Shown in pieces: positions 49,331 through 59,891 of a DNA stretch of 64,000 bases (position 1 is its first letter; every line of letters starts with the position of its first letter). Origin of the DNA: Candidatus Methanomethylophilaceae archaeon (lineage in GTDB: Archaea; Thermoplasmatota; Thermoplasmata; Methanomassiliicoccales; Methanomethylophilaceae); contig JBMNQN010000002.1 in NCBI GenBank assembly GCA_050944155.1, forward strand, positions 64,001-128,000. The letters run 5' to 3'. Below the pieces are notes generated by a model. That model did no database searches, was not told the DNA's origin, and saw only the letters and a program-made list of their open reading frames with translations. The translations under genes were made by a program, and so were the position numbers.

Positions 49331-49459
49331 AATAAACTAACTGGATTTCCGTCCGGAAAGCCGGAAAAAGTAAACGTATATTCAGATTGCTGGCTTATCT
49401 TTACATTATTACCGCGCCTTTTCGCGCGTATTTTATATCCGTGGGGCAGTTCGGACTTC

Positions 49460-51067
49460 ATGGTAAAAAAGTCGGTCGACTTCATAAGGATAGAAAATGT
49501 CTCCAAAAAATTCGGAGACAAATGTGTTCTCAACAATGTCAGCGCGACTCTGAAAACCGGAAAAAGCTTGGGACTCATCGGCAGAAGTGCGGCGGGAAAA
49601 AGCGTTCTGATAATGATGCTCAGATGCAGCGAGGAATACGCTCCCACTTCGGGCAGAGTCATTTACAATTTCAACAGATGCACCAAATGTTCCAACCTGG
49701 ATCTCCCGTACGAAGGCGAGCCCTGCACCAAGTGCGGCGCTCCCACCGAACATATATCCGTTGATTATTGGTCTCTCGAAGAAGAAGATCCACTCAGAAT
49801 GCAGGTCAGAAACAGAATAGCCATCATGCTTCAGAGGACGTTCGCTCTTTTCGGAGACAAAACGGTCATCGAAAACATATTCGAAGCCCTCGGCGACAAA
49901 TACGAGGGAAACGAAAAGACCCGGAAGGCTCTGGAACTTCTCGAATTCGTGGGCATGACCCACAGAACCACACACATTGCGTGGGACCTCTCCGGAGGAG
50001 AAAAGCAGAGAATAGTTCTTGCAAGGCAGATTGCCAGGGATCCTCTGTTTCTGCTTGCGGACGAACCCACCGGAACACTCGATCCTCTGACGGCGGAAAT
50101 GATGCACAAGAGAATCGTCGAATACGTGAACGAAACGGGAATCTCCATGGTGTTCGCATCCCACTGGCCCGAGGCCGTCGTAAAAATGGCGGACGAAGCC
50201 ATCTGGCTAGATGCCGGAAACGTGGTCATGCAGGGCGACCCCGAAGAAGTGGCCTCCAAATTTATGGAAGGCTACAAATTCGATAAACCCGACGCGGCGG
50301 TTCTGGGTGATCCGATTATAGAATTCGATAACGCTAAAAAGCACTTTTTCTCGGTCGTCAGGGGAGTCGTCAGGGCAGTGGACGGTGCCACCTTCGATAT
50401 TAGGGAGAGAGAAGTGCTGGGTCTGGTAGGAAAATCTGGAGCCGGAAAGACAACCACATCCAGAATGATAGCGGGAATGACTCCCGCCACCGGCGGTTCC
50501 GTCAAGGTGAGAATCGGAGACAACTGGATCGACATGTCGGAGATGGGTGTCGGAGGAAAAGGACGCGCCACGCCGTACATAGGATTCCTCCACCAGGAAT
50601 ACACGCTCTATCCGTTCGACAACGTCCTGAGCAATCTGACCACCTGCATAGGGGTCAGGATGCCCGCCGAGCTCGCAAAATTCAAGGCAATCCAGGTTCT
50701 GGAAAGCGTGGGATTCCCGAAAGAGGGAATGGAAGAACTCCTCCAGGCTTATCCGGATACCCTGAGCGTGGGAGAGTGCCAGAGAATCGCTTTTGCGCAG
50801 GTCCTGATAAAGGAACCCCGCATAATCATATTGGACGAACCCACGGGAACCATGGACCCGGTGACCAAAACCATCATAGCGAAGTCGGTCATCAAAGCCA
50901 GGGAAACCCTGGGAGAAACGTTCGTGGTGGTCAGCCACGATATGGATTTCGTCGAAAATGTCTGCGACCGCGTCGTGTTCATGAAGGACGGAAAGGTCGA
51001 AGCGATCGGCGAACCCAAAGAAATAATCGCGAAGTTCGGAATAAACGAATTCGTAGACCCAAACTGA
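49460..51067 (+). CDS. atwA: Methyl-coenzyme M reductase system component A2 (double ABC ATPase)
   Basis: Two ABC cassettes (GRSAAGKS, LSGGEKQR; GKSGAGKT), CxxC...CxxC insert, IAIMLQRTFAL. Confidence 0.95.
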   Translation: MVKKSVDFIRIENVSKKFGDKCVLNNVSATLKTGKSLGLIGRSAAGKSVLIMMLRCSEEYAPTSGRVIYNFNRCTKCSNLDLPYEGEPCTKCGAPTEHISVDYWSLEEEDPLRMQVRNRIAIMLQRTFALFGDKTVIENIFEALGDKYEGNEKTRKALELLEFVGMTHRTTHIAWDLSGGEKQRIVLARQIARDPLFLLADEPTGTLDPLTAEMMHKRIVEYVNETGISMVFASHWPEAVVKMADEAIWLDAGNVVMQGDPEEVASKFMEGYKFDKPDAAVLGDPIIEFDNAKKHFFSVVRGVVRAVDGATFDIREREVLGLVGKSGAGKTTTSRMIAGMTPATGGSVKVRIGDNWIDMSEMGVGGKGRATPYIGFLHQEYTLYPFDNVLSNLTTCIGVRMPAELAKFKAIQVLESVGFPKEGMEELLQAYPDTLSVGECQRIAFAQVLIKEPRIIILDEPTGTMDPVTKTIIAKSVIKARETLGETFVVVSHDMDFVENVCDRVVFMKDGKVEAIGEPKEIIAKFGINEFVDPN

Positions 51068-51070
51068 CAG

Positions 51071-51700
51071 GTGAATGACTTGAAACAGCAGATCGGGCGC
51101 AGACTGAGCTTTGTGGAATGCCGCGAGGCCATGGGGCTCGGGCCGGGAGGCGCTCTGGCACAGAGAGCCACAATATCCGACAGCGGAAGAGACGTGGTTG
51201 CCGTAGCCATGGGCCCCGGCAGGAGGCACATAACCAAACCTGTCTGCGAGATAACGTACGCGCTGAGGGAAGAAGGCATAGACACAAGCGTGCTGGTGGT
51301 CAACGCGGGATCCGGAGTCCCCTCGGACGCGCCGGACATGACCACGGGTTCCAGATTCGGATTGGACCCGATAGAAGTCGAAAGGATAAGGCAGTTCAAA
51401 GTCGCCCTGATTCATCTGGGCAACGTAAGACAGCACATCATCTACAAAGCCAGACTCATTCTCAGAAACGTGGATATTCCCGCAATAATCGTGGCACAGT
51501 GTCCCGTGGACTTCGAAGATTTCGCCGCCATAGGAGTGAAAACGTCCAGAGTCATGCCTCCGGACGACGAAGTTCAGACCAAAGGTTACATTGATCAGAT
51601 AGTCACCGGAGTCATAAGAGGAGTGAACACTCCCCAGGAAAAACTTGACGAGATAACGTCCAAAGTCCAGTCGATGCTTCCGAAGGTGGTTTCCGAATGA
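51071..51700 (+). CDS. mcrC: MCR operon protein C
   Basis: [29 protein letters not shown]. Confidence 0.93.
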   Translation: MNDLKQQIGRRLSFVECREAMGLGPGGALAQRATISDSGRDVVAVAMGPGRRHITKPVCEITYALREEGIDTSVLVVNAGSGVPSDAPDMTTGSRFGLDPIEVERIRQFKVALIHLGNVRQHIIYKARLILRNVDIPAIIVAQCPVDFEDFAAIGVKTSRVMPPDDEVQTKGYIDQIVTGVIRGVNTPQEKLDEITSKVQSMLPKVVSE

Positions 51701-53211
51701 AAGTATCCGTCAACGGCAAAGAGAAAATTCTCAGGGACGGCGCGACTCTGAAAGATGCCGTCGAGGGCGAAAACGTGAAGGAAGGCGCGCTTATTGCGGT
51801 CAGGCTTTCCGTGGAAAAAATTTCGGAAACGACGGACGATTTCGAACTGGTAACTCCCAGGGGATCCATGATTCTGCATCTGGACGACGGTCCCGACGCA
51901 GAGAAATGGAGGTCCATCAAAGAATCCGTGGAAGGTGTCACGGCCAGATGGGTTACCCGCAAAATCGTCGCCTTCGGTGCGTTCCCGACGGATATCAAAC
52001 ACGATGCCGCGGACCGCATGTACCGCAGATTCGATTGCTTTTTCTCTCTCGGCGGAGGGGACAATCACACCACATACATGATGATAGCCAGAAGCGACCA
52101 CAGGAACGGCTACGGGGCGGGTTCCGGGCGCATAGGCAGGATAACCAAAGGCAGACATCTGATGGACGAACTGCGGGAAGGAGAAGGGATAACGGAAATC
52201 AGACCGGTCACATCGGAGACCAGCGTCGAAAATCTCCATGTCACTTCGGACCTTTCGTTCCCGATGGAGGACGGCTATTCGGTGGAAACCCACGTCCTCA
52301 TAGATTTGGATCCCGGTTCTCCGTCGTCGGCGGAACACGTTCTGATTGCGACTTCCGAAGGAACCATGAAGGTAACCGATTCCACGGGAAGCTACATAGC
52401 CAGTTCCGAAAATATGGATACCGAATCCCTGAAGGAGAAGACCGATGTAAGAGAGGCGGGAGCGGTCACCGTAAGAAACGAGGGAACCGGCAACGGAAGA
52501 ATTTACATTTACAAAACCAAAAGACAGGTCGCGGAATCCCACAACCGTGCGGGCAAAGTCGTCAGAGGGATGTCTCTGGTTTTCCGCGCGTCCGAGGACG
52601 ATACCGTCGAGATACGGACCAACCCTCCGAGAGCACTTGCGGTGGGAATGACCCAGAAGGAAGGAGAAGCGTTCCTTTCCGCGGCGGGAATCAAACAGGT
52701 CAGAACCGGAGACGTTTCCGACGGAGCAATCATCGCGGAACAGACTCCGGAACGCACTCTCGAAGTGATTTCCTCGGGTATCGTGGAAACGTTCGGAGTT
52801 CCCAAGGACAATGTCTACAGAATCGAAATAACCGCTCCGGACACCGTCACCGATCGCTACTTCAGAAAAGTGACCGGACTCAGCCACAAGCCCATAGGCT
52901 CCCTCAAAGTTCAGTTCATTTACGACGGAGCCCCCATGGTTACGTTCTACGGCGACGAAATGCGCGGAAAATCGATTTTCCCCCAGGAACCCTTCGAAGA
53001 GGTCAGACGGGGAGATATAGGAGTCACGAACCAGGTCCGTCCTTACTGCGGACTGATAGGAATAAGGCTCACGGACAGCAAAGAATTCGGGCCCACCGGG
53101 GAAGAAAACCACGGAACGAACATCGTGGGAAAATTCGTCGACGACCTGGACAGGCTGATTTCGAATGCAGAAGACGAACAGACCGTATACATAACGGAGA
53201 AGATTCTATGA
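51697..53211 (+). CDS. Methanogenesis marker protein 3 (cyclophilin-like domains)
   Basis: VRNEG...G.IYIY, S.H..G, G.IGVTN, FGPTGE...TNI.G. Confidence 0.88.
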   Translation: MKVSVNGKEKILRDGATLKDAVEGENVKEGALIAVRLSVEKISETTDDFELVTPRGSMILHLDDGPDAEKWRSIKESVEGVTARWVTRKIVAFGAFPTDIKHDAADRMYRRFDCFFSLGGGDNHTTYMMIARSDHRNGYGAGSGRIGRITKGRHLMDELREGEGITEIRPVTSETSVENLHVTSDLSFPMEDGYSVETHVLIDLDPGSPSSAEHVLIATSEGTMKVTDSTGSYIASSENMDTESLKEKTDVREAGAVTVRNEGTGNGRIYIYKTKRQVAESHNRAGKVVRGMSLVFRASEDDTVEIRTNPPRALAVGMTQKEGEAFLSAAGIKQVRTGDVSDGAIIAEQTPERTLEVISSGIVETFGVPKDNVYRIEITAPDTVTDRYFRKVTGLSHKPIGSLKVQFIYDGAPMVTFYGDEMRGKSIFPQEPFEEVRRGDIGVTNQVRPYCGLIGIRLTDSKEFGPTGEENHGTNIVGKFVDDLDRLISNAEDEQTVYITEKIL

Positions 53212-53624
53212 GCGACGAAAGGGAAACCAGACTTTTCATGATATCGCCGAACTCCATGCTTACGCCGGACCAGCTCGTGCGCACCGTGCACGCGATGAAC
53301 AAAGGCGTAAAGGTGAAAGAGACATGCTACGGATGTCTCGTCGAAGGGCCCAAGGCCGTAGTCCTGGATGTACTGGCACAGCTGAGGAAGAAGTACCGCA
53401 ACGAGGTGTTTTCCAAACCCAGGGCGTACCTTACCAGCGATCCGCGCAGGTGCCGCGCCCAGCACGGAACCAGACCCGGATACGCCCAGCTGGAGTCGGA
53501 ATGGGCTCTGCTTTCCAACGTGCAGTACGGTCTCGAATGCGCGGACAGGGGCGAAGTTCTGGAACCCGAAGAGACCAAGGAAAAACTGCCCGTAGACGTT
53601 TTCAGAAAAATATGCGAGGAATGA
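53208..53624 (+). CDS. Methanogenesis marker protein 6
   Basis: VKETCYG...EG, D.RRCRA..G.RPG..QLE.E. Confidence 0.88.
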   Translation: MSDERETRLFMISPNSMLTPDQLVRTVHAMNKGVKVKETCYGCLVEGPKAVVLDVLAQLRKKYRNEVFSKPRAYLTSDPRRCRAQHGTRPGYAQLESEWALLSNVQYGLECADRGEVLEPEETKEKLPVDVFRKICEE

Positions 53625-54064
53625 CGATGAAGGTTTTTATTGATCCCCCGAACAGCCTTATTCTGTTCGACATAGTGGAAAGATTCGGCCACGAGCCGCT
53701 CAGCGCGATGGCCGCGATACAGGAAAGGGTGGACAATCTCGAGATAGACATGCCTCCCATGAACGTGACTCTGGACGACGTTGTCAAGGGTCTGAAATAC
53801 GCCGGAATCGAAGTTCCTTCCGGAATACGCGGCAGAATGGCCGTGTGGGGGCCGCTCATAGAGGAAGCGGATGCGGCCATCATAATGGAAAACGCCCCCT
53901 ACAGTTTCGGATGCGTCGGATGCGAACGTTCCAACGAGATGGTAAAGTACCTGGTGAAAAGGCGGGGAATACCCGTTTACAGGGCGCCGTACCCCGAAGA
54001 CGAAAAATCAGCCAGGGCATTCGTTCTCGGCGCCAAAGAGTTCCTGGAGGGGCTTAAGAAATGA
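53621..54064 (+). CDS. Methanogenesis marker protein 5
   Basis: P.NSLIL.D..ERFGH, N.T..D..KGLKYA..EVPSG.RGR, FGC.GC.R.NE. Confidence 0.9.
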   Translation: MTMKVFIDPPNSLILFDIVERFGHEPLSAMAAIQERVDNLEIDMPPMNVTLDDVVKGLKYAGIEVPSGIRGRMAVWGPLIEEADAAIIMENAPYSFGCVGCERSNEMVKYLVKRRGIPVYRAPYPEDEKSARAFVLGAKEFLEGLKK

Positions 54065-55284
54065 CGATTAAAATTGCTCAGCTGTCCTGCGGTACCGAAT
54101 ACAGCAGCGTTCAGCACGAAATAGAAAAGGCCGCAATATCCGTGGGAGCTAAGATGGTTTACCCGGACGTAAGCGCCGCGAACATAGACGAAGCGGTGAA
54201 AAGATTCGGGTTCAACCCCCGTTCCACCCAGCTTAAACTGATGATAGCCAGAGCCGCGGCTCTCGCCAACGGGGACTACGACGCGGACGCCGTCTTCATA
54301 TGCACCTGTTTCAGGTGCGCCGAAGCGGCCCTCGTAAGAAACGAGCTGAGAAGGTTCATCCAGGAAAATACGAACCTCCCCGTCGTTACGTACTCTTTCA
54401 CGGAGAGGCTCAAAGCGTCCCAGATGCTCACGAGGATGGAAGCTCTGGTGACCGTGGTTTCCAGGAAAGAACTTCTGGCAAGGGAGAGACAGACCGGACT
54501 GACCGCCGGTCTCGACTCCGGTTCCAGTACCACGAAAGCCGTGGTAATGGAAAACAACAAAATCGTAGGGAAAGCGTGGACGGGCTCCGGAGACGTGGTA
54601 AAATCCGCGACCCAGGTTCTCGAAGAAGCCATGAGCCAGGCCGGCGTGGAACTCAAGGACCTGGAAGCCATAGGAACGACCGGGTACGGACGTTACACTC
54701 TGGGTAAACATTTCAACGCCAAACTGGTGCAGGAAGAACTCACCGTCAACTCCAAGGGAGCCGTATGGCTCGCCGACAGACAGAGAGGCGAAGCCACCAT
54801 CCTGGACATAGGAGGTATGGACAACAAGGCCATTACGGTGAGAGACGGAGTTCCGGACAACTTCACGATGGGAGGCATATGTGCCGGAGCTTCCGGACGT
54901 TTCCTCGAAATGACCGCTAGAAGGATGAAGATCGACATCGAAGAACTGGGACCTCTGGCTATGAAAGGGGACTGGAGAAACGCGAAGATGAACTCCTACT
55001 GTTCCATTTTCGGAATCCAGGACCTGGTCACGCAGTTGGGAGACGGAAAGTCTTTCGAAGACGTCGCGGCGGCCGCGTGCCATTCCGTCGCCGAACAGGT
55101 GTACGAACAGCAGCTCCAGGAAATCGACATAAGAAAACCGATAATACAGGTGGGCGGAACATCCCTGATAACCGGGCTCGTCAAGGCCGTAGGCGAAATA
55201 CTCGGAGACATGCCGATTGTTCCTCCCGATTCCCAGTATATCGGAGCGGTGGGCGGAGCTCTTCTTAGTTCCGGATTCCTGTGA
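54061..55284 (+). CDS. Methanogenesis marker protein 15 (BadF/BadG-type ATPase)
   Basis: [39 protein letters not shown]. Confidence 0.92.
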   Translation: MTIKIAQLSCGTEYSSVQHEIEKAAISVGAKMVYPDVSAANIDEAVKRFGFNPRSTQLKLMIARAAALANGDYDADAVFICTCFRCAEAALVRNELRRFIQENTNLPVVTYSFTERLKASQMLTRMEALVTVVSRKELLARERQTGLTAGLDSGSSTTKAVVMENNKIVGKAWTGSGDVVKSATQVLEEAMSQAGVELKDLEAIGTTGYGRYTLGKHFNAKLVQEELTVNSKGAVWLADRQRGEATILDIGGMDNKAITVRDGVPDNFTMGGICAGASGRFLEMTARRMKIDIEELGPLAMKGDWRNAKMNSYCSIFGIQDLVTQLGDGKSFEDVAAAACHSVAEQVYEQQLQEIDIRKPIIQVGGTSLITGLVKAVGEILGDMPIVPPDSQYIGAVGGALLSSGFL

Positions 55285-55294
55285 GGGAAAAAAG

Positions 55295-55861
55295 ATGGAT
55301 GTCACAGTGCACGGACCGGACCCTTTCGGAAACGAAGCTTACAAAAAGCTTTTCGAAGACATAATGAGCGATACGGGAGACGCGGTGCACATAGAGAAAG
55401 CGGAACTGATTCTCGAACCGGAAATTCCAATTTTCGTATTTTCGATCAAAATCAGGGCTGCGCCCGCCGACAAGACGGTGGCGGACGTGAGCAGCATCCG
55501 CAAAGAGGGGAGCGGAGTGCAGATAACCGTAACCGACGAACGTCACGCTCCCGGAATACTCGAGCAGCTGTGGGCCGCCTACGGGAGAAACGGCGTGGAA
55601 CAGCAGACCCGTTTCGACATGTACGTGGAAGGCGGCGACGCTGAAAAAATAAGCTCCATGGTCGTGGCGTCGGGAGAAGAATCCCTGAAAGAAATCATAG
55701 GTTCCGTGTGGAGATCCATGCCGGAAGGAATCAAAGTCCGCCGCACATTCGTATCCGACAATGTCGTGACGGTCGTGGCCACGGAAGAGATAATGACCCC
55801 CGAAATTCTTGCCGAAGGCGTCAAACTCCATACGGCGATGGGAGGAAAGGCCGATGTTTGA
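55295..55861 (+). CDS. Methanogenesis marker protein 17
   Basis: W..YG...V.Q..R and PEG..VR motifs; position between markers 15 and 7. Confidence 0.8.
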   Translation: MDVTVHGPDPFGNEAYKKLFEDIMSDTGDAVHIEKAELILEPEIPIFVFSIKIRAAPADKTVADVSSIRKEGSGVQITVTDERHAPGILEQLWAAYGRNGVEQQTRFDMYVEGGDAEKISSMVVASGEESLKEIIGSVWRSMPEGIKVRRTFVSDNVVTVVATEEIMTPEILAEGVKLHTAMGGKADV

Positions 55862-56792
55862 AGTCATAATGTACGACGGAGGCGTTTACCGTTCCGCGGA
55901 ACTATTCGAAATGATAGAAGACGTGGGAGGAGCGGTTCTTCAGAAAATCAGAAGTTCCCAGATGCTCACCGTTACAATGTCCATACCCAGCGAGGACAAG
56001 GAGATGATTTCCGCCCTGTGCAGGGAGATAGGCGGAGAGGTGAAGGAAGTTCCCCTTGCCGGTACGGAAATCGCCGTGGTGGGACCCACTCTCGGAAGGC
56101 ACCACATGCCCCACCCGATCTGCGACATCGCGGAAGCCCTCAGAAGAAAAGGCGCCCTGTCCATAGTGATGGGACTTGCCAGGGGAAGGGGAAAATCGAC
56201 TTCGCAGATATCCGCTTCCGAAGTCGCGATCATAAACGAGTACGACGCGGCAATTTTCAGTCTGGGTAATTTCAAATCCTGCGTGGAAGCGAAAAAAGAT
56301 CTTCTCAAAGACATCACGATACCGCTGATTCTCGTATGCGGACCGATGCCGGAGGGCATGGACGACATTGCCGAAGCGGTCATAAGCGGAGTCGGAAGGA
56401 AATCCGAAAGGATGAGACTCCCGGCCGAAAGGGCAAAACTGGACGAAATCGTCGATACCACCGAGAGGGTGCTCAGGGAGAAAAGAAAAAGACTGGCCGA
56501 AGACCCGCTTTTCGTGCATCCTTCGGAGGTTAAGCAGGTTCTCGAAAACTATCCTCCGATAGACATGTGTCTCAGGCCGTCCCCCATAGTTCTGCATCTC
56601 AACGGTCTCAGGGCCAAGATACCCTACGACGGAAATTACGAAGCCGTAGGAAATACGGTGGTTTACGGAAGGAAACTGAAAGACATAGCGGATATCACGG
56701 AATCCAAACTGGACCGCAGCAGCATTCTGATAAGGATCAAAACGAATTCGGAGGTCGAATACGACGACTCCAAACGGAACGAAGGTGCGTAA
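55854..56792 (+). CDS. Methanogenesis marker protein 7
   Basis: Y.GGVY, ED.GG..LQ, L.GTEIAVV.P.L..HH.PH..CDIAE, GL.RG.G. Confidence 0.9.
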   Translation: MFEVIMYDGGVYRSAELFEMIEDVGGAVLQKIRSSQMLTVTMSIPSEDKEMISALCREIGGEVKEVPLAGTEIAVVGPTLGRHHMPHPICDIAEALRRKGALSIVMGLARGRGKSTSQISASEVAIINEYDAAIFSLGNFKSCVEAKKDLLKDITIPLILVCGPMPEGMDDIAEAVISGVGRKSERMRLPAERAKLDEIVDTTERVLREKRKRLAEDPLFVHPSEVKQVLENYPPIDMCLRPSPIVLHLNGLRAKIPYDGNYEAVGNTVVYGRKLKDIADITESKLDRSSILIRIKTNSEVEYDDSKRNEGA

Positions 56793-57228
56793 AGGAACAT
56801 ACCTTCTTTCGCTGACGCTGCTTTCCGACAAAGAAATCGATGTGGGTTCCAGGGGAAAAATACGTTTTCCGGCCGGCAAATACTTCTACGCCGGAAGCGC
56901 CATGAACGGTTTGGATCGGCGTATCGGCAGACATTTCTCCCGGGAAAAAAAGATGCGCTGGCACATTGATTATCTGACCGTCCGTGCGGACGCGATGGAA
57001 GCATACGTTTCGGAATCCCCCGGAGAAATCGGAGAATGCCGTCTCGCCGAAACGATGGAAAAGGCAGGATGGACTCCGGTGAAAGGATTCGGGTGTTCCG
57101 ACTGCGGATGTTACAGCCATCTATTCAGGGCGGCGGAAAAAGACTCCAGCGAACCCCTGAAGGTGCTGGATTCCGCGTCGGGTTCAGCAACAACACTTAT
57201 AATCTATCAGGCACTTCCGACTTTATAA
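56785..57228 (+). CDS. GIY-YIG / DUF123 endonuclease-like protein
   Basis: GTY, Y.GSA, RI.RH, WHIDYL, EC.LA, FG.SDC.C.SHLF. Confidence 0.85.
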   Translation: MRKGTYLLSLTLLSDKEIDVGSRGKIRFPAGKYFYAGSAMNGLDRRIGRHFSREKKMRWHIDYLTVRADAMEAYVSESPGEIGECRLAETMEKAGWTPVKGFGCSDCGCYSHLFRAAEKDSSEPLKVLDSASGSATTLIIYQALPTL

Positions 57229-57261
57229 CAAGACTCGCGCTTTAAAAGGTAGAGGGTACAA

Positions 57262-58869
57262 ATGAAGTCAAACACTGAAGCAATTTTAGCTCGTAAGGTA
57301 ACGCCCGAGGTAATCTCCAAACTGGAGAGCATCGTCGGCAGGGACAACGTGAACACAGGCGATATGGACAAGATTCTGTACTGTCACGATATGGCCCCCC
57401 TTCCGAAAGAGGCAGGAATAGCATTCAACAACATTCCCGACGTGATCGTAAGGCCGGAAACCGACGAACAGGTTGCCAAAGTCGTCGCCCTGGCATACAA
57501 AGAAGGCATAGCCGTAATACCCAGAGGCAGCGCTTCCTGGGGTCTCGGCGGATGCATGCCCACCAACGGCGGCATAGTCATAGACATGGCGTCGAAGATG
57601 AACAAGATCTTGGAAATCGACACCGAGAGCATGTGCATCAAAGTACAGGTCGGATGCACCTGGAAAAACGCTTTGGACGAGTGTATGAAAAAGGGCTTCA
57701 TTATCGCTTCCTACCCCTCGAGCTTCCCCTCGGCCACCATCGGTGCGTGGATTTCCACCGACGGAATGGGAACGGGCAGCTACAAATACGGTTCCGCCAA
57801 AAACCACATCCTCAACATGAAAGTGGTTCTTCCCGACGGATCTCTCATCGAGACGGGATACGACAAAATCGGTTCCTACATGGCCGGATACAACCTGAAC
57901 CAGTTCTTCGCCGGTTCCGAAGGAACCCTCGGAGTGTTCACCACCGTGACCATGAGAATCTACCCCATGGGCGAAATCAGACCCACGGCTTACGAATTCG
58001 AAAACCTCAAGGACATGCACGGTCCGATCCAGAAAATCATCGCCCACCCCAGCGTGAAACCCCTGCACATCGCCTGGTCCGATTACATCCACTTCGCGAA
58101 CCAGAGGAAAGCGGGAATACACAACCTCATGCTGAAGAACGTTCTTCTCGTCACTCTGCAGGGAGATTCCAAGTTCCTCGACCTGGAAGAGCAGGCGATC
58201 GACGAAATAATGCAGGAAGCCGGAGCGAAGAAAGTAGACAAGGAAATCGCCGAGCACGAGTGGGAAGAGAGATGCTACGAATTCAGGTCCAGAAAGGTCG
58301 GAGTGGGCGAAATACCCGCCGAAGTCATCGTTCCGGTCAGGCACTGGGGAGAATTCGTCGACGAGTGCTACAAAGGATTCGACGTCATGAAGATGGAGGC
58401 CGGAGGAGTCATAGGAGTGGTCGTTGACCGCAGCACGGCTCTTTTCATGCCTTACTACTTCAAAAACGACGAGTCTCTTCTCGGAATGGCAGCGTTCTCC
58501 TTCAACTTCTACCTGGGAGACAGGGCCGCCCTCTACGGAGGAAGAAGCACCGGATTCGGAGTGTTCTTCGCCTGGAACATGGACGTCATACACGACGGAG
58601 CCACCGCCGACTTCATGAGGGATCTCAAAACCTTCGTGGACCCCCGCGACATCATGAACCCCGGCCACCTCGTGTGCGGAAAGACCAGATTCGGAATCAA
58701 CCTGAACAAACAGATAATGTCTTTCGGAAGCAAACTCATGCAGGGAGTCAAGAAACTCCTGCCCGAGGACACGAACTTCAGCGACAACCTCAAGAGGTTC
58801 AGGTACGACGACATGGAACACGACATGGAAGCCGGAAGGACGCGTGTTCTCGGAGACGGTTCCCAGTAA
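57262..58869 (+). CDS. FAD-linked oxidoreductase, GlcD / D-lactate dehydrogenase (VAO) family
   Basis: PRG....LGG, TIG...T.G.G, KYG, GY.L...F.GSEGTLG, DP..IMNPG. Confidence 0.9.
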   Translation: MKSNTEAILARKVTPEVISKLESIVGRDNVNTGDMDKILYCHDMAPLPKEAGIAFNNIPDVIVRPETDEQVAKVVALAYKEGIAVIPRGSASWGLGGCMPTNGGIVIDMASKMNKILEIDTESMCIKVQVGCTWKNALDECMKKGFIIASYPSSFPSATIGAWISTDGMGTGSYKYGSAKNHILNMKVVLPDGSLIETGYDKIGSYMAGYNLNQFFAGSEGTLGVFTTVTMRIYPMGEIRPTAYEFENLKDMHGPIQKIIAHPSVKPLHIAWSDYIHFANQRKAGIHNLMLKNVLLVTLQGDSKFLDLEEQAIDEIMQEAGAKKVDKEIAEHEWEERCYEFRSRKVGVGEIPAEVIVPVRHWGEFVDECYKGFDVMKMEAGGVIGVVVDRSTALFMPYYFKNDESLLGMAAFSFNFYLGDRAALYGGRSTGFGVFFAWNMDVIHDGATADFMRDLKTFVDPRDIMNPGHLVCGKTRFGINLNKQIMSFGSKLMQGVKKLLPEDTNFSDNLKRFRYDDMEHDMEAGRTRVLGDGSQ

Positions 58870-58895
58870 CCGCACCAAACTCTTTATCTTCAATT

Positions 58896-58916
58896 TCCGG
58901 GTTATTAAAACCCGGA
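58896..58916 (+). terminator. Hairpin downstream of the GlcD-like gene
   Basis: TCCGGGTT-ATTAA-AACCCGGA 8-bp stem. Confidence 0.5.
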
Positions 58917-58982
58917 TTCAAAATTCTTATTTTTAATAAAACGGCAGTTAGTTTTTAATAACATATTTTTTTAGACTCCGTT

Positions 58983-59891
58983 ATGAAAGCACCGGCGATG
59001 ATTTCGGTAGCGGTGGCCGTTACGGTTTTGCTGTCCGTGGGCACGTTATACGTACTCACCAACGACGACGGCGACAGCCGGCCCGTTATTTACACTTCCA
59101 TGGGCTGGCAGAAGGAAATCGCGGAAGAGGTGGCCGGAGACGGATACAGGGTTGTTTCCTTCATCGAACCCGGCGGAACTCCCCACGCCGTGGAGGTCAG
59201 TGCCCAGAAAATCGCCCTGTCGTCGAACGCCGTGGCGTATTTCTACATAGGGGCGGGAATGGCCTGGGAGGACCGAAATCTCGAATCCGTCAAAGCCGGG
59301 ATAAAATCGTACAACTGTACGGAAGGAGCCGGAATAGAGCTTCTTCACGGGCACACTCACGCCGAAGACGGATCAGTCGTAGAAGATCCGGCGGCTTTGG
59401 ACGGACACGTATGGACTTCTCCGGAAAATCTGAAAAAAATCGCGGGATATATGAAAGACGTTCTCGGCGATGAAATTCCCGAAGACAAAGAGAAATTCGA
59501 AAGCGGTTACGGTTCATTCGCCGCCAAATGCGACGCGCTTACCGAACTCGCCGACGAAAAACTGAAACAGACGGAAGAAAAAGAAATAATCGGATGGCAC
59601 GCGGGATGGTCGTATCTTCTCCACGGCCGGAACATTGTGCAGCATTCTCTCGAACTTCCCGGAGCGACGATGACTCCCGCGTGGATCGAACTCAGAGGCG
59701 AGTGTGCGGAATCTTCGGAACCCGTTCCCATTTACCTCAGATATGCGGGCGAAGGGGGAATCACGGAAGAAGCGCTGAAAAAAAACGGAATCAACGCCGA
59801 ATTGTTTTATATCAACCCTCTGAGCGTGGACATACTCGGCGAAATCGAAAAAGCGATTGACACAATAAGCGAAAATATGAACGGAGCGTGA
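58983..59891 (+). CDS. Metal ABC transporter substrate-binding protein (ZnuA/TroA cluster)
   Basis: N-terminal anchor, PH..E, His loop HGHTH, DGHVWTSP, H..W.Y. Confidence 0.9.
   Translation: MKAPAMISVAVAVTVLLSVGTLYVLTNDDGDSRPVIYTSMGWQKEIAEEVAGDGYRVVSFIEPGGTPHAVEVSAQKIALSSNAVAYFYIGAGMAWEDRNLESVKAGIKSYNCTEGAGIELLHGHTHAEDGSVVEDPAALDGHVWTSPENLKKIAGYMKDVLGDEIPEDKEKFESGYGSFAAKCDALTELADEKLKQTEEKEIIGWHAGWSYLLHGRNIVQHSLELPGATMTPAWIELRGECAESSEPVPIYLRYAGEGGITEEALKKNGINAELFYINPLSVDILGEIEKAIDTISENMNGA

Noticed and set aside
51906-53624. Apparent long fusion ORFs in the track (51906-53624, 23789-24892, 24541-25512, 53324-54064)
   Set aside because: Upstream parts are off-frame read-through over the preceding gene; real starts are at ATGA overlaps
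56785-57228. GIY-YIG gene as a mobile homing endonuclease
   Set aside because: It matches the short cellular DUF123 type, with no intron or insertion boundaries
57286-58893. Long antisense ORFs (535 aa here; also 11264-12955, 42127-43479, 40073-41173, 34461-36035, 51595-53112)
   Set aside because: They mirror well-supported genes and arise from codon bias; their translations carry no motifs
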